Assembly (NCBI GenBank): GCA_964016885.1
Contig: OZ024740.1
Coordinates: 99,014,001-99,078,000, forward strand
DNA: 64,000 bases
Origin: Eledone cirrhosa
Lineage: Eukaryota
Reading direction: 5' to 3'
Shown here: in pieces, positions 1 to 12,893 of the stretch
Numbering within the stretch: position 1 is the stretch's first letter
How the letters are laid out: the number at the start of each line of letters is the position of its first letter
Made by a program: the position numbers and the translations under genes
The notes under the pieces: model-generated
What the model was told of the DNA's origin: nothing
Seen by the model: the letters and a program-made list of their open reading frames with translations, nothing else
The model's database searches: none

Positions 1-37
1 GGATTTTAAAAACCTCTCTGAATGGAAAAATGGAGTA

Positions 38-112
38 TTGACGTACATGGGACACAAACCTACATCTTTGGTTTGCCAGACCAATGTGTTGCCATTACAC
101 CAACACACCACC
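38..112 (-). pseudogene. tRNA-derived sequence (SINE head or tRNA pseudogene)
   Basis: Minus strand reads GGTGGTGTGTTGGTGTAATGGCAACACA-TTGGT-CTGGCAA-ACCAA-AGATGTAGGTTTGTGTCCC: A-box-like D arm and perfect 5-bp anticodon stem, but degenerate T arm and acceptor stem. Confidence 0.5.
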
Positions 113-153
113 CATGCTTCCTTCCATTCAATTAGAAGCTATATAACCATAGC

Positions 154-315
154 TGAGCAATGTTTGCTCAGCTGTAGAAATGAGATGAAGAGGTACCGGC
201 CTGCCCACCCAGCCAGTGGGATGGCGTTATCTTATGGCTAAAACAGCACGACGTGCTGTGACCAGCGGCGCCGAATGGACGCCCGATAGACTGGTCGGTC
301 AAGGTGATCAAGGTG
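154..315 (+). mobile_element. 5'-truncated SINE with 11-bp target-site duplication
   Basis: Flanked by ATAACCATAGC at 143-153 and 316-326; shares CTCAGCTGTAGAAATGAG with the SINE at 48.4 kb; ends in (CAAGGTGAT)2. Confidence 0.6.
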
Positions 316-809
316 ATAACCATAGCAGGTAGATTTATATAAAATCCCAACTAACAGACTAATTCTATTCAGTCAAATACGTCATAAGCACATGTTATTC
401 CCTAATTTTCAAATTTGCTAGTAGTTTGTAAACAAAGCCTGCTTTATGTCTCCCTATACACACATATATATATACAAATACATTAAAATAGTAGATTTCT
501 GACCATAAGCTCAGGTGGTTTCAACTTGTAACCTCTCCAAGCTTCTCGGAGTACTGTCTTATCCAGAAATAAAAAACAAATTCTGCTAGATGTGTAGAAT
601 TGCCTCACCTAATCATGTCATTGGGCATTGGCTGGTCATGTGAAAGATATTAATGATTCATATAAGACTAACCAGTGTTGCATATGCAACTATGGCTAGT
701 CAATATCTTATATATATGAATGAAGGCTAACTATAAACTACTTTCACATCATATGGCAATATTTAACAAATTGCAAAGCACATTTATTTCAATGTAATAT
801 GTAATATGT

Positions 810-845
<36 letters not shown>

Positions 846-1079
846 TATGATATATTATGATAATGATGATATATGTGTGTGTAGTGTATTATTATTTTTA
901 TTACTATTATTAGAGGCAGAACCTTGTATCAGAAGACAGATTCACATTTCTAATCATTTAAAGATAACTGAAGGTTTCCTATGTGACCGTATATAAGCAA
1001 ACATATTCAAAAAGATTTTGAGATATGTAAACTTAATGGCACATCGAAATTTGATTAGTTTCCAAATAATCCATTGCAT

Positions 1080-1350
1080 ATGACAGTGAAACAAAAATCT
1101 ATATAGACTTCACTGAGAATCTTTTTAAAACAGATTCCAAAAATATATTAACACACTCTGAAAGACACCTAACTACTTCACTATCTAAACATATCAGGAA
1201 TTTTAAGGATAATAATGCTAGCAATAAGTTTCGTTATTTCATTATAGAAGACACGTCTCTTTACATTAAAGCTTTCAGAAGGTGTGATCTTTAGTTTTCA
1301 AAGAAGTATAACATTCTATTGTAGCCATTTGCAATATTAAGCAAAATATC
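1080..1350 (+). pseudogene. highly decayed Penelope-like GIY-YIG endonuclease remnant
   Basis: Short peptides TTSLSKHIRNFKDNN and RRCDL*FSKKYNIL match the TSLSAYIWSLKDN and CSLCTTEKYRIL blocks of the PLE copies elsewhere in the window. Confidence 0.5.
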
Positions 1351-2544
1351 TGAATAGGAAAATTTGATATTTATTGAAGAATATCCAACTACCAAGTGAC
1401 TAGTAAATTCTATCTCTTACAAAATGGAATCATTTGGAATATCCTGAGGCAAGATCCTACATTTAAGAAAAAAGTTCAATATTATGACTTCAATAACAAG
1501 ACTTATTTCCCCTGCTCGTGTGCTTATGCACATGGTGTTAAACAAATGAAAATCCCATGTATTTCTGGATGACTTGTATATATATATATATATATACAAC
1601 TTTACTTATAAAATAAAAATACATCTCTCATTGTTATATTAAAACATGTAAGGTAAATAAATTTAATTAATTAACTCTAATGAACTATTCTTCCAATAAT
1701 GAACTGTCTTTCATTCCTGATTAGTTTGCTGAAATGTTTGTAAGTCTTATTAAATGATATAATAATAATCCTTGTCTTAATATTTGTTTATAATAATTTT
1801 AATGGATTGCATCTAAAGCAGAACCCTTTTCCTTGCCCTGACCTGCATAATTCTGATGTCAATAATCAGCTTGCATAGAATATATGTAAAGGCAATCAAG
1901 TAGTCATACTTAATGACAAGTGGAACAATAGTATTGGTTAGTGTTACAAGAATAAAAGAGATGCAAGAAGAGAGACATGGAATTTTTAAAGAAGTTTATG
2001 AAGAATAAATAAGAGGTTATAGAAAACTAAAAAGAAAAAAATCGAACCAAATTAGCCTAGATGAGATGCAGTTTTAGAATATCCATCTCTGCTGCTAATA
2101 AGATAACTGCAGCCTAAGTGATCTTATTAGCAATACTCATAGATATTCTAAAAGCATATTAACCAGACTAAAACATTTCAGTGAGATGCTAATTCAGATG
2201 GTAAAAATTATTTTTCTCATGATATATAAATGATTGCTGTGTGTATCCAGTTTAGAATAAGTGCACCATTTCCCTACATTCTATAAAGGATTACTAAAGG
2301 AGCTGGCACCAGTAAACCCAGGACACAATGTAAAATGTTTGTTGTTACAAAGAGCTCATTGCTGTAAAGAATTCTGCCAAAAATGAAACTTATGAGTGAA
2401 GTGAGATAATCTGATCTGATACGAATAACAGTAAATCATAATAATGTATTCACACTGCAGCAACACATACCATCATGGAAAATTGAGTTAAATGACGATG
2501 ATGGTTTATCTATCTCTCTCTATATATATATATATGTAGGTGTC

Positions 2545-2735
2545 ATGACAAAAAAGCACCCAGTACTCACTGTGCATGAAGTTGATGTTAGGAAGGGCAC
2601 CTAGCTGTAGAAATCAAGCCCAAATCAGTTCTGTATGAGGAAGAGATGGTCACCTGACCTGGCATTGTCTACGACAGGACAACTCATCTAACCCATGCTA
2701 ACATGGAAGAATGGACGTAAAATAGTGATGATGAT
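2545..2735 (+). mobile_element. 3' part of a (GAT)n-tailed SINE/RTE-related repeat
   Basis: AAAAGCACCCAG...TTAGGAAGGGCA...GCTGTAGAAA...GGACGTAAAA(TGA)n; matches 48620-48765 and 56930-57105. An inverse fragment follows at about 2835-2935. Confidence 0.65.
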
Positions 2736-2949
2736 ATAATTTAATACAGAAATGGCTTCTACAAGATTTGAACTGCTTCATTTGGAGGAAATCATCAGGA
2801 AAGCCCCCGATTGAACCTGAGACATATATATATATCATCATCATCATCATCATCATCATAGTTTCTTCATGTTTGTTTTTTTCTGACTGGATGTCGTTCC
2901 TAATGCCAACCACTTTATAGAGTGTATTGGGTACAATTAATTGTATAAT

Positions 2950-3130
2950 AATTGTTTCTACTTTTGGCACAAGGCCAGAAATTACCCAGTGCATTACTGG
3001 TACTTTATTTTATCGACCCCGTAAGTATGAAAGGCAAAGTTAACCTCAGCGGGATTTGAACTCAGAATGGCAAGGGCAGTAACTCTATGCGTCAAAGCAT
3101 GGCATCCGACGTTCTACCGATACTGCCAAA
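2950..3130 (-). mobile_element. tRNA-derived SINE, family A
   Basis: Minus strand: A box TGGCAGTATCGG, B box GAGTTCAAATC, conserved core GCCTTTCAT.CTTACGGGGTCGATAAAATAAAGTACCAG, (ATT)n tail. At least 8 copies in the window. Confidence 0.85.
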
Positions 3131-3237
3131 CCTAATAATGATAAGGGTTTCTGATTTAAGCCAACAATTTTCAGGGGAAGGGGAAAGTCGATCAAACTGA
3201 CGCCAGTGCATTACTGGTACTTTATTTTATAGACCAA

Positions 3238-4133
3238 CTAGCATTAAAGCCCGGCGTTGCTCGGGGTCATTATATTACCAAAGTTAGGTTGCACCACCCA
3301 TTTTATGGCACCACTTTTTTGTCTGCCAGGCACTGGGTGAATGAATTGCAGACCTGGAAGCATGAGCTGCGCCAGCAGTGACAATTGTAGTTTCGCCTAT
3401 GGATACTATTTCTGTGCAAAAAAGTGTTGAAATTTATTGTTTCACAGTACTTGCGCAACACGTGCGTAGACGATGCCAGCCGAACAACAGAGCTGCAATG
3501 GAGTTGTTCTGCATGGTTGTCTGTGTGTTTTCTAAATTTAAGACAGTAGGGAGGGTTGTGATATGAGGGAGCGTTAGCTGTTGTTTCTAGCAGGTTTAGT
3601 GACCTCATAGAGGATATGTGTTTTCTAAATTGAAGACAGTAGGGAGTGGTGTGATATGGGGGAGAGTTAGCTGCTGTTTCTAGCAGGTTTAGTGACCTCA
3701 TAGAAGATATGTTTTCTAAATTTAAGACAGTAGGGAGGGGTGTGATATGGGGGAGAGTTAGCTGCTGTTTCTAGCAGGTTTAGTAACCTCATAGAGGATA
3801 TGTGTTTTCTAAATTTAAGACAGTAGGGAGTGGTGTGAACGGACAGTATCACCATCAAGTTTGGAAAGAGAAAGTAGCAGGAAGTATGAAGTTGTATAGA
3901 TTTTGAATGGTAGTAGAAAGGGTTCAGCAGTTTAATGAGAGAGAAAAATCGTAAAATATTGAGTTTTATCTATTTTTTGCGTAATTGTGGGTGAAATGGA
4001 AAAAATTATCTGCGTCAAGACGCAATCGAAACTATTTCGAATACTGAATTGTAAATTTCAATTGAAGAAATTCTATATCGTAGATTTCTATAACGAAGGA
4101 GCATGACCACACACTGAGCTTTATAGATTATGA
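3238..4133 (-). mobile_element. non-autonomous Helitron inserted in a family-A SINE
   Basis: Minus strand starts TC and ends with hairpin CCCGAGCAACGCCGGG followed by CTAG; inserted between A and T with no TSD. Removing it rejoins the SINE core (GACCAA|TAAGGATGAAAGG). Confidence 0.8.
3525..3840. repeat. tandem repeat, about 93 bp x 3.4, inside the Helitron
   Basis: TTCTAAATT(T/G)AAGACAGTAGGGAG recurs at about 3530, 3623, 3714 and 3807. Confidence 0.9.
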
Positions 4134-5849
4134 TAAGGATGAAAGGCTAAGCTAATTACAGCAGTGTTTGAATTCAAAGTGTAAAAGGGATGTAAATCCA
4201 TGTCGCAAGCATGTTGTCTGATTCTCTACCGATACTGCCAATCCATAATGCAAGTGTTATATAAATGCTATCAGATGCAAAATACGAGTAGAAAGATGAT
4301 GCCTATGCATCTAATGATGAATTGCATAAGTGTAGGTATGAGTCTAATATATGGGTATATCTAGCTATGTATCTTATATATACTTTTTATTTTACTGTTT
4401 TACTTCAGTGGCATCAAAGACATGACAACCTCCTGTTGGACTGGTGCCAAGATAAAATGCTCCCAATGCACTTTTTAGTGTGCATGACTGCATGTAAACA
4501 GGAAACTGGCCCTTGGTCTATCTGAGAGGTCAGTAGCTCTATTTAAGTACTGAATCACTTCATGTCCATTTCCCCATCAAGTCCTTGCTTGATGGGGAAA
4601 TGGACACGAAGTGATGATGGTGATAGTGATGTTATGAATTAGTAAACAATTGGGATTAGTAAAGTAAATTTTTAACTGATGCTTTTGCCACCATGAAATA
4701 CTAAACCGAAGATTCCTCATCTTTATTAGAGCACAGTATTCAGTTCTTTCACGTAAAAAAATATAACATACACATTAAACAAACGGTTTTATGCTTTGTA
4801 ATACAGATACACAAATATTTTTTCCTGCACCACACTGTTTCAAATGTGCTAATTATTTTTGTACTTTTACACTGTGGAAGCTCAGGTGTGGTTTTACCAG
4901 TTTTAATCATATTCCTTTTTCACATTCTTAAGAGACTCACTGTCCGTATTGGTAATGGGTTGCATTTAGAAAATAAACATGTATTTACAAATTAGTGAAG
5001 TCGCTTGGGGCAAGCAATAGAACTGGGGAACATAAACAATCAACACATCTGAAGTATTAAAGAATGAAAGTATTCAATGACAAAAGTATTTTCGAGACAT
5101 GTTGATCCTGTTCACCCACATATCTGCACATTCTGCATTTTATAGAGAAAGACAAAAAAATGTTCTACCATTATAAAACTATAGATAGCACATTTTAGAA
5201 TTGTAACCATAGTACATCATATAGTATTAACAAGCATTAGAATATAAACATATCATCATCATTTAATGTCAGTTTTTTCTACTACAAAGTTTGGATGAGT
5301 CTTCACAAATCATGCCAGTACTTAGTTGGAACTAGTGACCTCTCAGATAGTCCAGGGGCTAGTATCACACTTCCATACATTCTTTATACACTATAAAATG
5401 CACTGAATACATTCCCTCACAAAACTATCACCAGGGAACTTGCCCTGTCTTTGAGACAAATGAAGAGTTCTCTCAGAATTTTCTTTGGAATGGCTGGATG
5501 TCCTTCCTACAAACGACCATTTTACAGAGAGTACTGAGTGCAATTATCATATCACCAACATTAGAAAAATTATTAGTCATAAACTTTACAGAAAGGCACT
5601 CTCCACTCTATGGAAGTCGGCATAGGGAACATAGGCTAGGAGAGAGGGATAGGCAAGAGGATAGGAAGTGGGTAAGAAGGATGATAAATATATCATGTGC
5701 AAATGATAACATATGTGGATTTGGTTTATCTAGGGCAAGAAGACTTGACAAAGTATATTCTGGGTATATGACAGGTGAGTTGGGGTTTCAAAGGAGAATG
5801 AATTAGGGGGGAGAGATCCTATGTAGAGTGACGTGGGTGTGTGAATCAT

Positions 5850-6430
5850 GTTCTTCTGCTGGTAGACAAGTCTTGTCCAGTACCACATGTCATCAATTCA
5901 TCAATTCTTGTAATCCTTTATTTTCTGTGACAAGAATCAGCTTTCTTAGGTTGGTCTTCTCAAATTCACTCTATTTCTTCCTAATTCTACCTCTTTCATA
6001 AGTTCTATCCACTGAGATTTCTCTGTGATTTATACAGTTGTTATCTTCCATATTTCTCTTGCATTTATAAAATTATTGTCTTCTCTCGTATACACTGCAT
6101 AGAACCCATGTCATACATTTTGTTTTTAGCCTATTTATGATACTCTGTATTTGCACACTAATATTATACATCCACTAGAATAGCGTCACTTTATTTCGTT
6201 TTAGATTTTGCAAGTTATCTAAAGCTAAAGCCCATGTTTCATTGCAATCCATGTGCAGGCATCATACATTTTACCAATCACTGTTGATAGCAAATGTACA
6301 AGCTCCCTAAACCTTTTCCAGCTCATAATTACTCTAGCAAACACACTACCAGCGCATTCTTTCCCGCTGCTTATTATGTCACCTAGGAAAAAGAAATTAT
6401 CAACAACTTCTAAGAAACCTTATTACAATT
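5850..6430 (-). pseudogene. decayed RTE-clade LINE, 3' part of RT
   Basis: Minus-strand peptide ARVIMSWKRFRELVHLL...GKMYDAC...AMKHG is homologous to MGWKKFRELLPML...GRLYDVC...AMLHG at 38.7 kb. Confidence 0.6.
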
Positions 6431-6469
6431 CACCCAGCTCACTTCTGTCTTTTTCTTCATCTTCTTCTT

Positions 6470-6579
6470 CTACTACTGCCCTAATACAACCACCACCATC
6501 ATCACCACTGCTACTACTACTACTAGTACTACCGCCACCACCACTACCAAAGCCAATACTACTACTACTACTACTGCTG

Positions 6580-6671
<92 letters not shown>

Positions 6672-6719
6672 ACTACTACTACTACTACTACTACTATTAA
6701 TAATAATAATAATAATAAT
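6470..6719. repeat. compound (CTA)n/(CTG)n/(TAA)n microsatellite
   Basis: Seen directly; source of the poly-L/S/V pseudo-ORFs. Confidence 0.95.
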
Positions 6720-7285
6720 GCGCAAGAGCAGGCCCTCAAAACGAAGTGGTTGAAACACCATATTTACAAGGATGAGTCTAGCCCACTGTGCAGGATCTGT
6801 GGAGTGAGAGAGGAGACTGTGGCTCACATTGTATCCGAGTGTAAACACCTAGCTCAGACTCACTATAAGGGCTGGAGACATGATGTGATGGGCAGGGTGA
6901 TCCACTGGCACCTATGCAAAGTAAACAATTTACCACATTCTGAGAAGTGGTATGAGCATAAGCCAGAGTCGGTGATAGAAAACGATCAGGTGAAGGTGCT
7001 GTGGGATTTTAGGATACATGCGGACAAGAAACTGGAACACAATAGACCTGACCTGGTGGTTTTGGACAAGGAAAAAAGATCGTGCCTGATTGTGGATGTG
7101 GCCTGCCCATTCGACACAAGAGTGAAAGGAGAGGGAGAAAATTAACCGATACCAGGACTTAAAGTGGGAGGTAAAACGGATTTGGAACTGCCATGAGGTC
7201 AAAGTGGTCCCGACTAGGTACTATATCAAAATGTTTCCAGGGATGGTTAAAGAAAATTGGCCCCGCCACGCTTTTTGGAACGCTA
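6720..7285 (+). mobile_element. truncated copy of the R4/Dong-like LINE (CCHC knuckle plus restriction-like endonuclease)
   Basis: CRICGVREETVAHIVSEC, RHD, RPDLVV..D motifs; near-identical to 10697-11280; begins immediately after (TAA)n. Confidence 0.9.
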
Positions 7286-7859
7286 AGTGGACAGACAGGC
7301 AAATAATTTACCACCAACACCACCACTGCCACCATCACCTCTACTACGCCAAAAACTCTAGTCAAGTTACCTCAACTTGTATTTCTACTTCAACTTCAAC
7401 ACCATCACTACAGTACTACGATCACATCACCACCACCACTGCCTCATTATCGCTACCTCCGCTATTCTCTCCCACTACCTCCTGCTAAGTTCTACTAGCA
7501 CAGCACCACCACCACTGCCTCATTATCACTACCGCCGCTATTCTCTCCCACTACCTGCTGCTAAGACATGCATCGTAGTGTCCCCACTAAAAAAGGAAGG
7601 CATCAAAAGATATAAATAGAGTGATTTGATGACCCGGTCAAAAAATCAAAACACCAAAAATCAATATCAAAACAGCACAGCAACAACGAAAAACGTAAAG
7701 AAATGAAAAATGAAAAGAAAAACAAACAGACAGACAGAGAAGGAAAGAAAAACAAAAAACTAAGTCAGACATTCAAACATTACATTACAATGAAACTTAT
7801 GCTTATTCTTTTTTGTTTTGTTTTTACCTATTTGTTTGTTTGTTTATGTTCGTCTACAG

Positions 7860-10800
7860 CGTGATAGTGCCACACTAAAATCACCGGGGGTGATGAAATC
7901 ACCGGAGGTGATGAAATAACCGGTGGTTATGTAACCATACATTCACCAATCCTCAATGAGAGTGTTTAAATTTCGAGCCTAAACAGTTCGAATAACGGTG
8001 AAGTGGAGACTGGAATGTCATGTGACAGACTGTCACCCGGCAGATGCTCCCTGGCTGTCAACCAAATACTGCTGGTGTCGGAGAAAGAAAGAAGAAGGAA
8101 AGGGACCAGAACCAACTGGACGAAAGAATTGAATAGAATTGTTATGCAATGTTACTTGAAGAGTAACCCCAAGGAGAAAGGCTATAGGAAATGGATGCAT
8201 AACATCTCGAACGAGATTGGTCTATTTAAATTAGATGAACAAAAATTGGCCGGGCAGAATCGGGTAATAAGAACTAATGGGTGGATAAGCGAGGTGGAAC
8301 TGGAGGAACTGAGTAGAGAGATTAGGTTGGAAATGGAGAGTGGAGTATGCCAGGCAAACGAGCCAGTGGGAAATGAAGGTGAAGAGGTTGAGAGAACGGA
8401 GGAACCATCCGAAGCAGACAATGATCTGAATGCTGAAATAAATAATACCTGGAACAGAGATATAGCCATTGAGGAAATGAATGCTGACGGGCTAGGACAA
8501 GATTTGATTGATATCCTAAACTTAGTGGTAGATGAATTAAACAATGATAGTGGGAAACCTATGAACCTAAGATTTGTAGATAGGAAAAAAGTTAAAAGAA
8601 ACAAAAGCTAAGGTAAACAAAGTCATCCCATACCTTGAGGCGAGGAGCCTTCACCAGTGCAACAATATCCTCAAAGAAACAGCAAATGCGGTGAGGAAAT
8701 TACTTGGCATAAAAGCAAGAGGAAACAACAAACAAGAAAGATCAGAACCTTGGTGGAAGAAACAACTGAATGGTCAAATCAGGGAAATGATAAATGACAT
8801 TGGAAAGCTTGAGTCCCTACTGAATGGGACACTAAAAAACATAGACACTAAAAATAGACTGGAAATAAAGTACAAAACCAGGAGGAAAAAGCTAAATATT
8901 ATCATAGATGAACTGAAGCAACGCATTGTAGCAAAGAGTGCAAAAATGAGGCGATACGAGAGCAGAGTCAGTCAGTATAGACAGAACCACATGTTTGACA
9001 ACAACCAGAAGATGTTGTTTGGACAGCTTGAAGGGAAAGAAAGAGGCAACGACTTAATTCCTGAGGCGGAACAAACTAAGGCATTCTGGAGAGGAATATG
9101 GGAGCAGGATGTTAAACATAATGACCAGGCAGTGTGGATTGAGACAGTACAAAAGGAGGTTAGTGAACAGGCACACCAACAAACTGATTTGAGTATCACA
9201 GTTGAACTCTTAAGGGGCAGGCTGAAAAACTAACCAACTGGAAATCACCAGGCCCAGATGGTGTGCAGGGGTATTGGATTAAAAATATAACATCCCTCCA
9301 CCCGAAACTGACAACCATGTCAATGACTGCTTGATGTCAGGTGAGGTACCAGAGTGGTTGACAAAAGGTACCACAGTTCTGGTAATGAAAGACCGAATCA
9401 AGGGTAATGATGTTACCAACTATAGACCTATCACATGTCTGTCCGTAATGTGGAAACTGTTAACAAGCATTGTGTCTGAGGAAATCTACCATCACTTCCA
9501 CACAAACAACTTGTTACCGGACAAACAGAAAGGATGCCGAAAGAAGTCCCGTGGTACAAAGGACCAGTTACTTATTGATAAGATGGTAATGAGGAATTGC
9601 AAGAGGCGACACAGTGGTCTTGCCATGAGAAGGATAGATTACAAAAAGGCATTTGACATGGTGCCTCATTCTTGGATCACCAAAAGCCTAGAGATATTCA
9701 AGGTGGCAGACAACGTCAGACAGTTGTTGAGCAAAAGTATGAAGTCCTGGGAAACAGAGTTAACATCGGGTGGAGAATCCTTGGGAGTCGTGAAGATTGA
9801 GAGAGGTATCTTCCCGAGGGATAGTTTGTCCCCCCTGCTGTTTGTCCTTGCCCTGATACCCCTGACCATTATACTGCGAAAAGTGAGAGCAGGATACAAG
9901 TTGGGAAAGGGAGAACTTACCAGCAATCACCTCCTCTTCATGGACGATCTTAAGCTCTTCGGGAAGAGTGAGAAGGAGTTGGATGTGCTTGTTGACACTG
10001 TCCGTATTTTCAGCAATGATATATGTATGCAATTTGGTATTAATAAGTGTGGAGTCCTAGTGATGAAGAGGGGTAAATTGAGCAGAAGCAACGGATTCCA
10101 GGTACCAAGAGGTGAGATGATAAGGGAAATTGACACTGAAGAAGGATACAAATATTTAGGTGTTCTGGAGGCAGATGACATGAAGAACCAAAAGAAATGA
10201 AGGAATTGATAAGATCTGAGTACATTAGGAGAGTAAGGAGCGTATTAAAATCACATCTAAATAGTAGGAATGTCATAAGTGAAGTGAATTCCCGAGCTGT
10301 GTCTATTATTAGGTACAGTGCGGGAATTCTGAAATGGAATGTTGCTGAACAAAAAGAAATGGATAGGAAGACTAGGAAGCTATTAACTATCTACAACATG
10401 TTCCACAAGAGGAATGATGTCGATAGACCTTACTTAAAGAGATCTGAAGGTGAAAGAGGTCTTATCTGCATATAGGACTGTGTTCAGATGGAGAAAAACA
10501 ACCTGCACAAAGCTCAAAATTGTACTGAAGGTGAGGACAATAGACCAGGGTATGTCCGAGGAGGAAGAGCAACCTTCATGGAAAATTCCCTTCATAGTAC
10601 CTTCTTTAAGAAAACTGAATTTAGAGATCCACAGACATGGAACTGGTTAAAAAGAGGAGACCTTAAAAAGGCTACAGAAGGAATGCTAATGGCTGTGCAA
10701 GAGCAAGCCCCCAGAACGAAGTGGGTGAAACACCATATTGACAAGGAGGAGCCTAGCCCACTGTGTAGGATCTGTGGAGAGAGAGGAGACTGTGGCTCAC

Positions 10801-11408
10801 ATTGTATCCGAGTGTAAACACCTAGCCCAGACTCACTATAAAGGCTTGAGACATGATGTGATGGGCAGGGTGATCGACTAACATCTATGCAAAGTAAACA
10901 ATTTACCACATTCTGAGAAGTGGTATGAGCATAAGCCAGAGTCGGTGATAGAAAACGATCAGGTGAAGGTGCTGTGGGATTTTAGGATACAGGCGAACAA
11001 GAAACTGGAACACAATAGACCTGACCTGGTGGTTTTGGACAAGGAAAAAAGATCGTGCCTGATTGTGGATGTGGCCTGCCCATTTGACACGAGAGTGCAA
11101 GAAAAGGAGAGGAAGAAAATTAACCGATACCAGGACTTAAAGTGGGAGGTAAAAAGGATTTGGAACTACCATGAAGTCAAGGTCGTTCCGATTGTCATAG
11201 GCGCACTAGGTAGTATCTCAAAGAGTTTCGAAGGATGGTTAAAGAAGATTAGACGAGCCCGGCTTTTTGGAACACTTCAAAAGGCAAGAACGCTCCGATA
11301 CGTCCTGAATATCTGAGGCTGCAGGTAGCGGCTTGATATTCATTTCAACAAACTTTCCAGTTAAATAACATCAATGACTGAGACTCAAAGAACAATAATA
11401 ATAATAAT
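7860..11408 (+). mobile_element. near full-length R4/Dong-clade non-LTR retrotransposon, disrupted by stops and frameshifts
   Basis: One broken ORF at about 8003-11316: [29 protein letters not shown]-like, [14 protein letters not shown] (RT), then CCHC and RPD..D..K restriction-like endonuclease; no APE domain; (AAT)n tail. Confidence 0.9.
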
Positions 11409-11822
11409 TGTTTCTGCTTTTTGGCACAAGGCCAGAAATTATCCAGTGCATTACTGGTACTTTATTTTATCGACCCCGTAAGGATGAAAGGCAAAGTTAA
11501 CCTCGGCGGGATTTGAACTCAGAATGGCAAGGGCCGTAACTCTATGCGTCAAAGTAGGGCGTCCTACCCTCTACCGATACTGCCAATCCACCAATCCAAC
11601 AATAATAATAATAATGGTTTCTTATATAGGCACAAGGCCAACAAGTTTGGGGAGAGGGGGAAGTCGATTAATTTGACCCCAGTGCATGATTGGTACTTTA
11701 TTTTATCGACCCCATAAGGATGAAAGGCAAAGTTAACCTCGGCAAGATTTGAACTCAGACAGTAAAGTGACGTAATTCTATGCTGCAAATCATGGCGTCC
11801 GACCCTCTACTGATACTGCCAA
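11406..11822 (-). mobile_element. two tandem family-A SINEs
   Basis: Copies at about 11406-11587 and 11616-11822, each with A/B boxes and an (ATT)n tail. Confidence 0.85.
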
Positions 11823-11992
11823 ATAACAGAGTGTTGTAGTTTGCTTGAAGCATTGTTGAATAGGAAACACAAATTTAAATATAATGCACTGGAAAGAAAA
11901 TTATAATTGCTAATATAACAAAAGAATCTTACCTTTAACTTTCTTTCTAGTGCATTATCTGGTTTTCAATAATAATAATAATAATAATAATA

Positions 11993-12893
11993 AGGATTTC
12001 TTTATTAACCACACAGGGCCCACATTAAGGAAACATTAAAGACAATACAGGACGAAACAGTGTGGGATTTTCTTTGTGTAAAATAAAAGTCATAAAAAGT
12101 CTAAGAAAATAAACATTTAAAACAAACATAACTTCCCCAAAATTTGAGTAAACTCTAAGCGTCACTCGTGCAGAAATCTCACAAAAGACATGATCATACT
12201 GCCCTCTCCTAGTCTTTCTACTCCAATCTACAAGCGTATGCTCAAAGCAGGCCCACTAACACCACTGTCACCCACCTTTCAACAAACTGGGTGGAAGGCA
12301 GCACTTCCCTCTCCACCCCGATTTTCCTCTTCAAGTGAAATCTGAAAAGGTTGATCAGGGCTTCTCCAAAGAAGATAGCTGTGTGCAACCCTTTCAAACG
12401 TGCCCACCACACAACCTCTTTTACCATGGCCACCAGGCAGTTAAAAACTGCCTGTCATTCCCCTCTAAAGCAGGATGGCAGGGCGATCTTTACTATGGAT
12501 AAGTTGATAGTCAGATCCATCCAACATGTGACAGCAGATGCTTGACAAACCCACAGGTCAGCAATACTCAGACACTTGATGAGTGTGTGCAGAATGGTTT
12601 CATCGCCCGGCTTCTACCTTTGACTGGCCCAATTGACAGCACTTCCATGCCTGTAGAGTGTATCCTTAACTGGCAAAGATCCTCAGTAGCATTGCCAAGC
12701 CAGGTATTTCTGGAAGTTGTCCAAGGGACCTGTCCCGAACGTTCTCCAGAAGAGATTGGCTAGTTGATTTTCATCAACGCCCAGAGTCTCCCCAAGGACA
12801 TCACTGCTCTTTCCTTCCACTCTATAGAACACCAAGGTGGAATTTCCACTAATCACAGCACCCGACTGGTTGAGGGCTGTGAGCACCTAAAGA
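11993..12893 (-). mobile_element. Tx1/L1-clade LINE 3' remnant
   Basis: Peptides FQKYLAWQCY, VVWWARLKGL and FHLKRKI match the 39.7-41.7 kb element; similar 3' end (TTTCTTTATT..CCAC); flanked by (AAT)n on both sides. Confidence 0.75.

Noticed and set aside
38-112. Functional tRNA-Ala(GGC)
   Set aside because: The T loop and acceptor stem are degenerate; it is better explained as a SINE head.
1860-2330. Possible ancient RT remnant
   Set aside because: Only a faint resemblance, with no intact motif.
4941-5132. Possible minus-strand host exon (acceptor at 5133, peptide CADMWVNRINMSRKYFCH*, GTGAGT donor at 4940)
   Set aside because: Vaguely like the end of a PH domain, but only 19 codons, all frames close, and I found no phase-compatible upstream exon. 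It needs RNA-seq or TBLASTN support.
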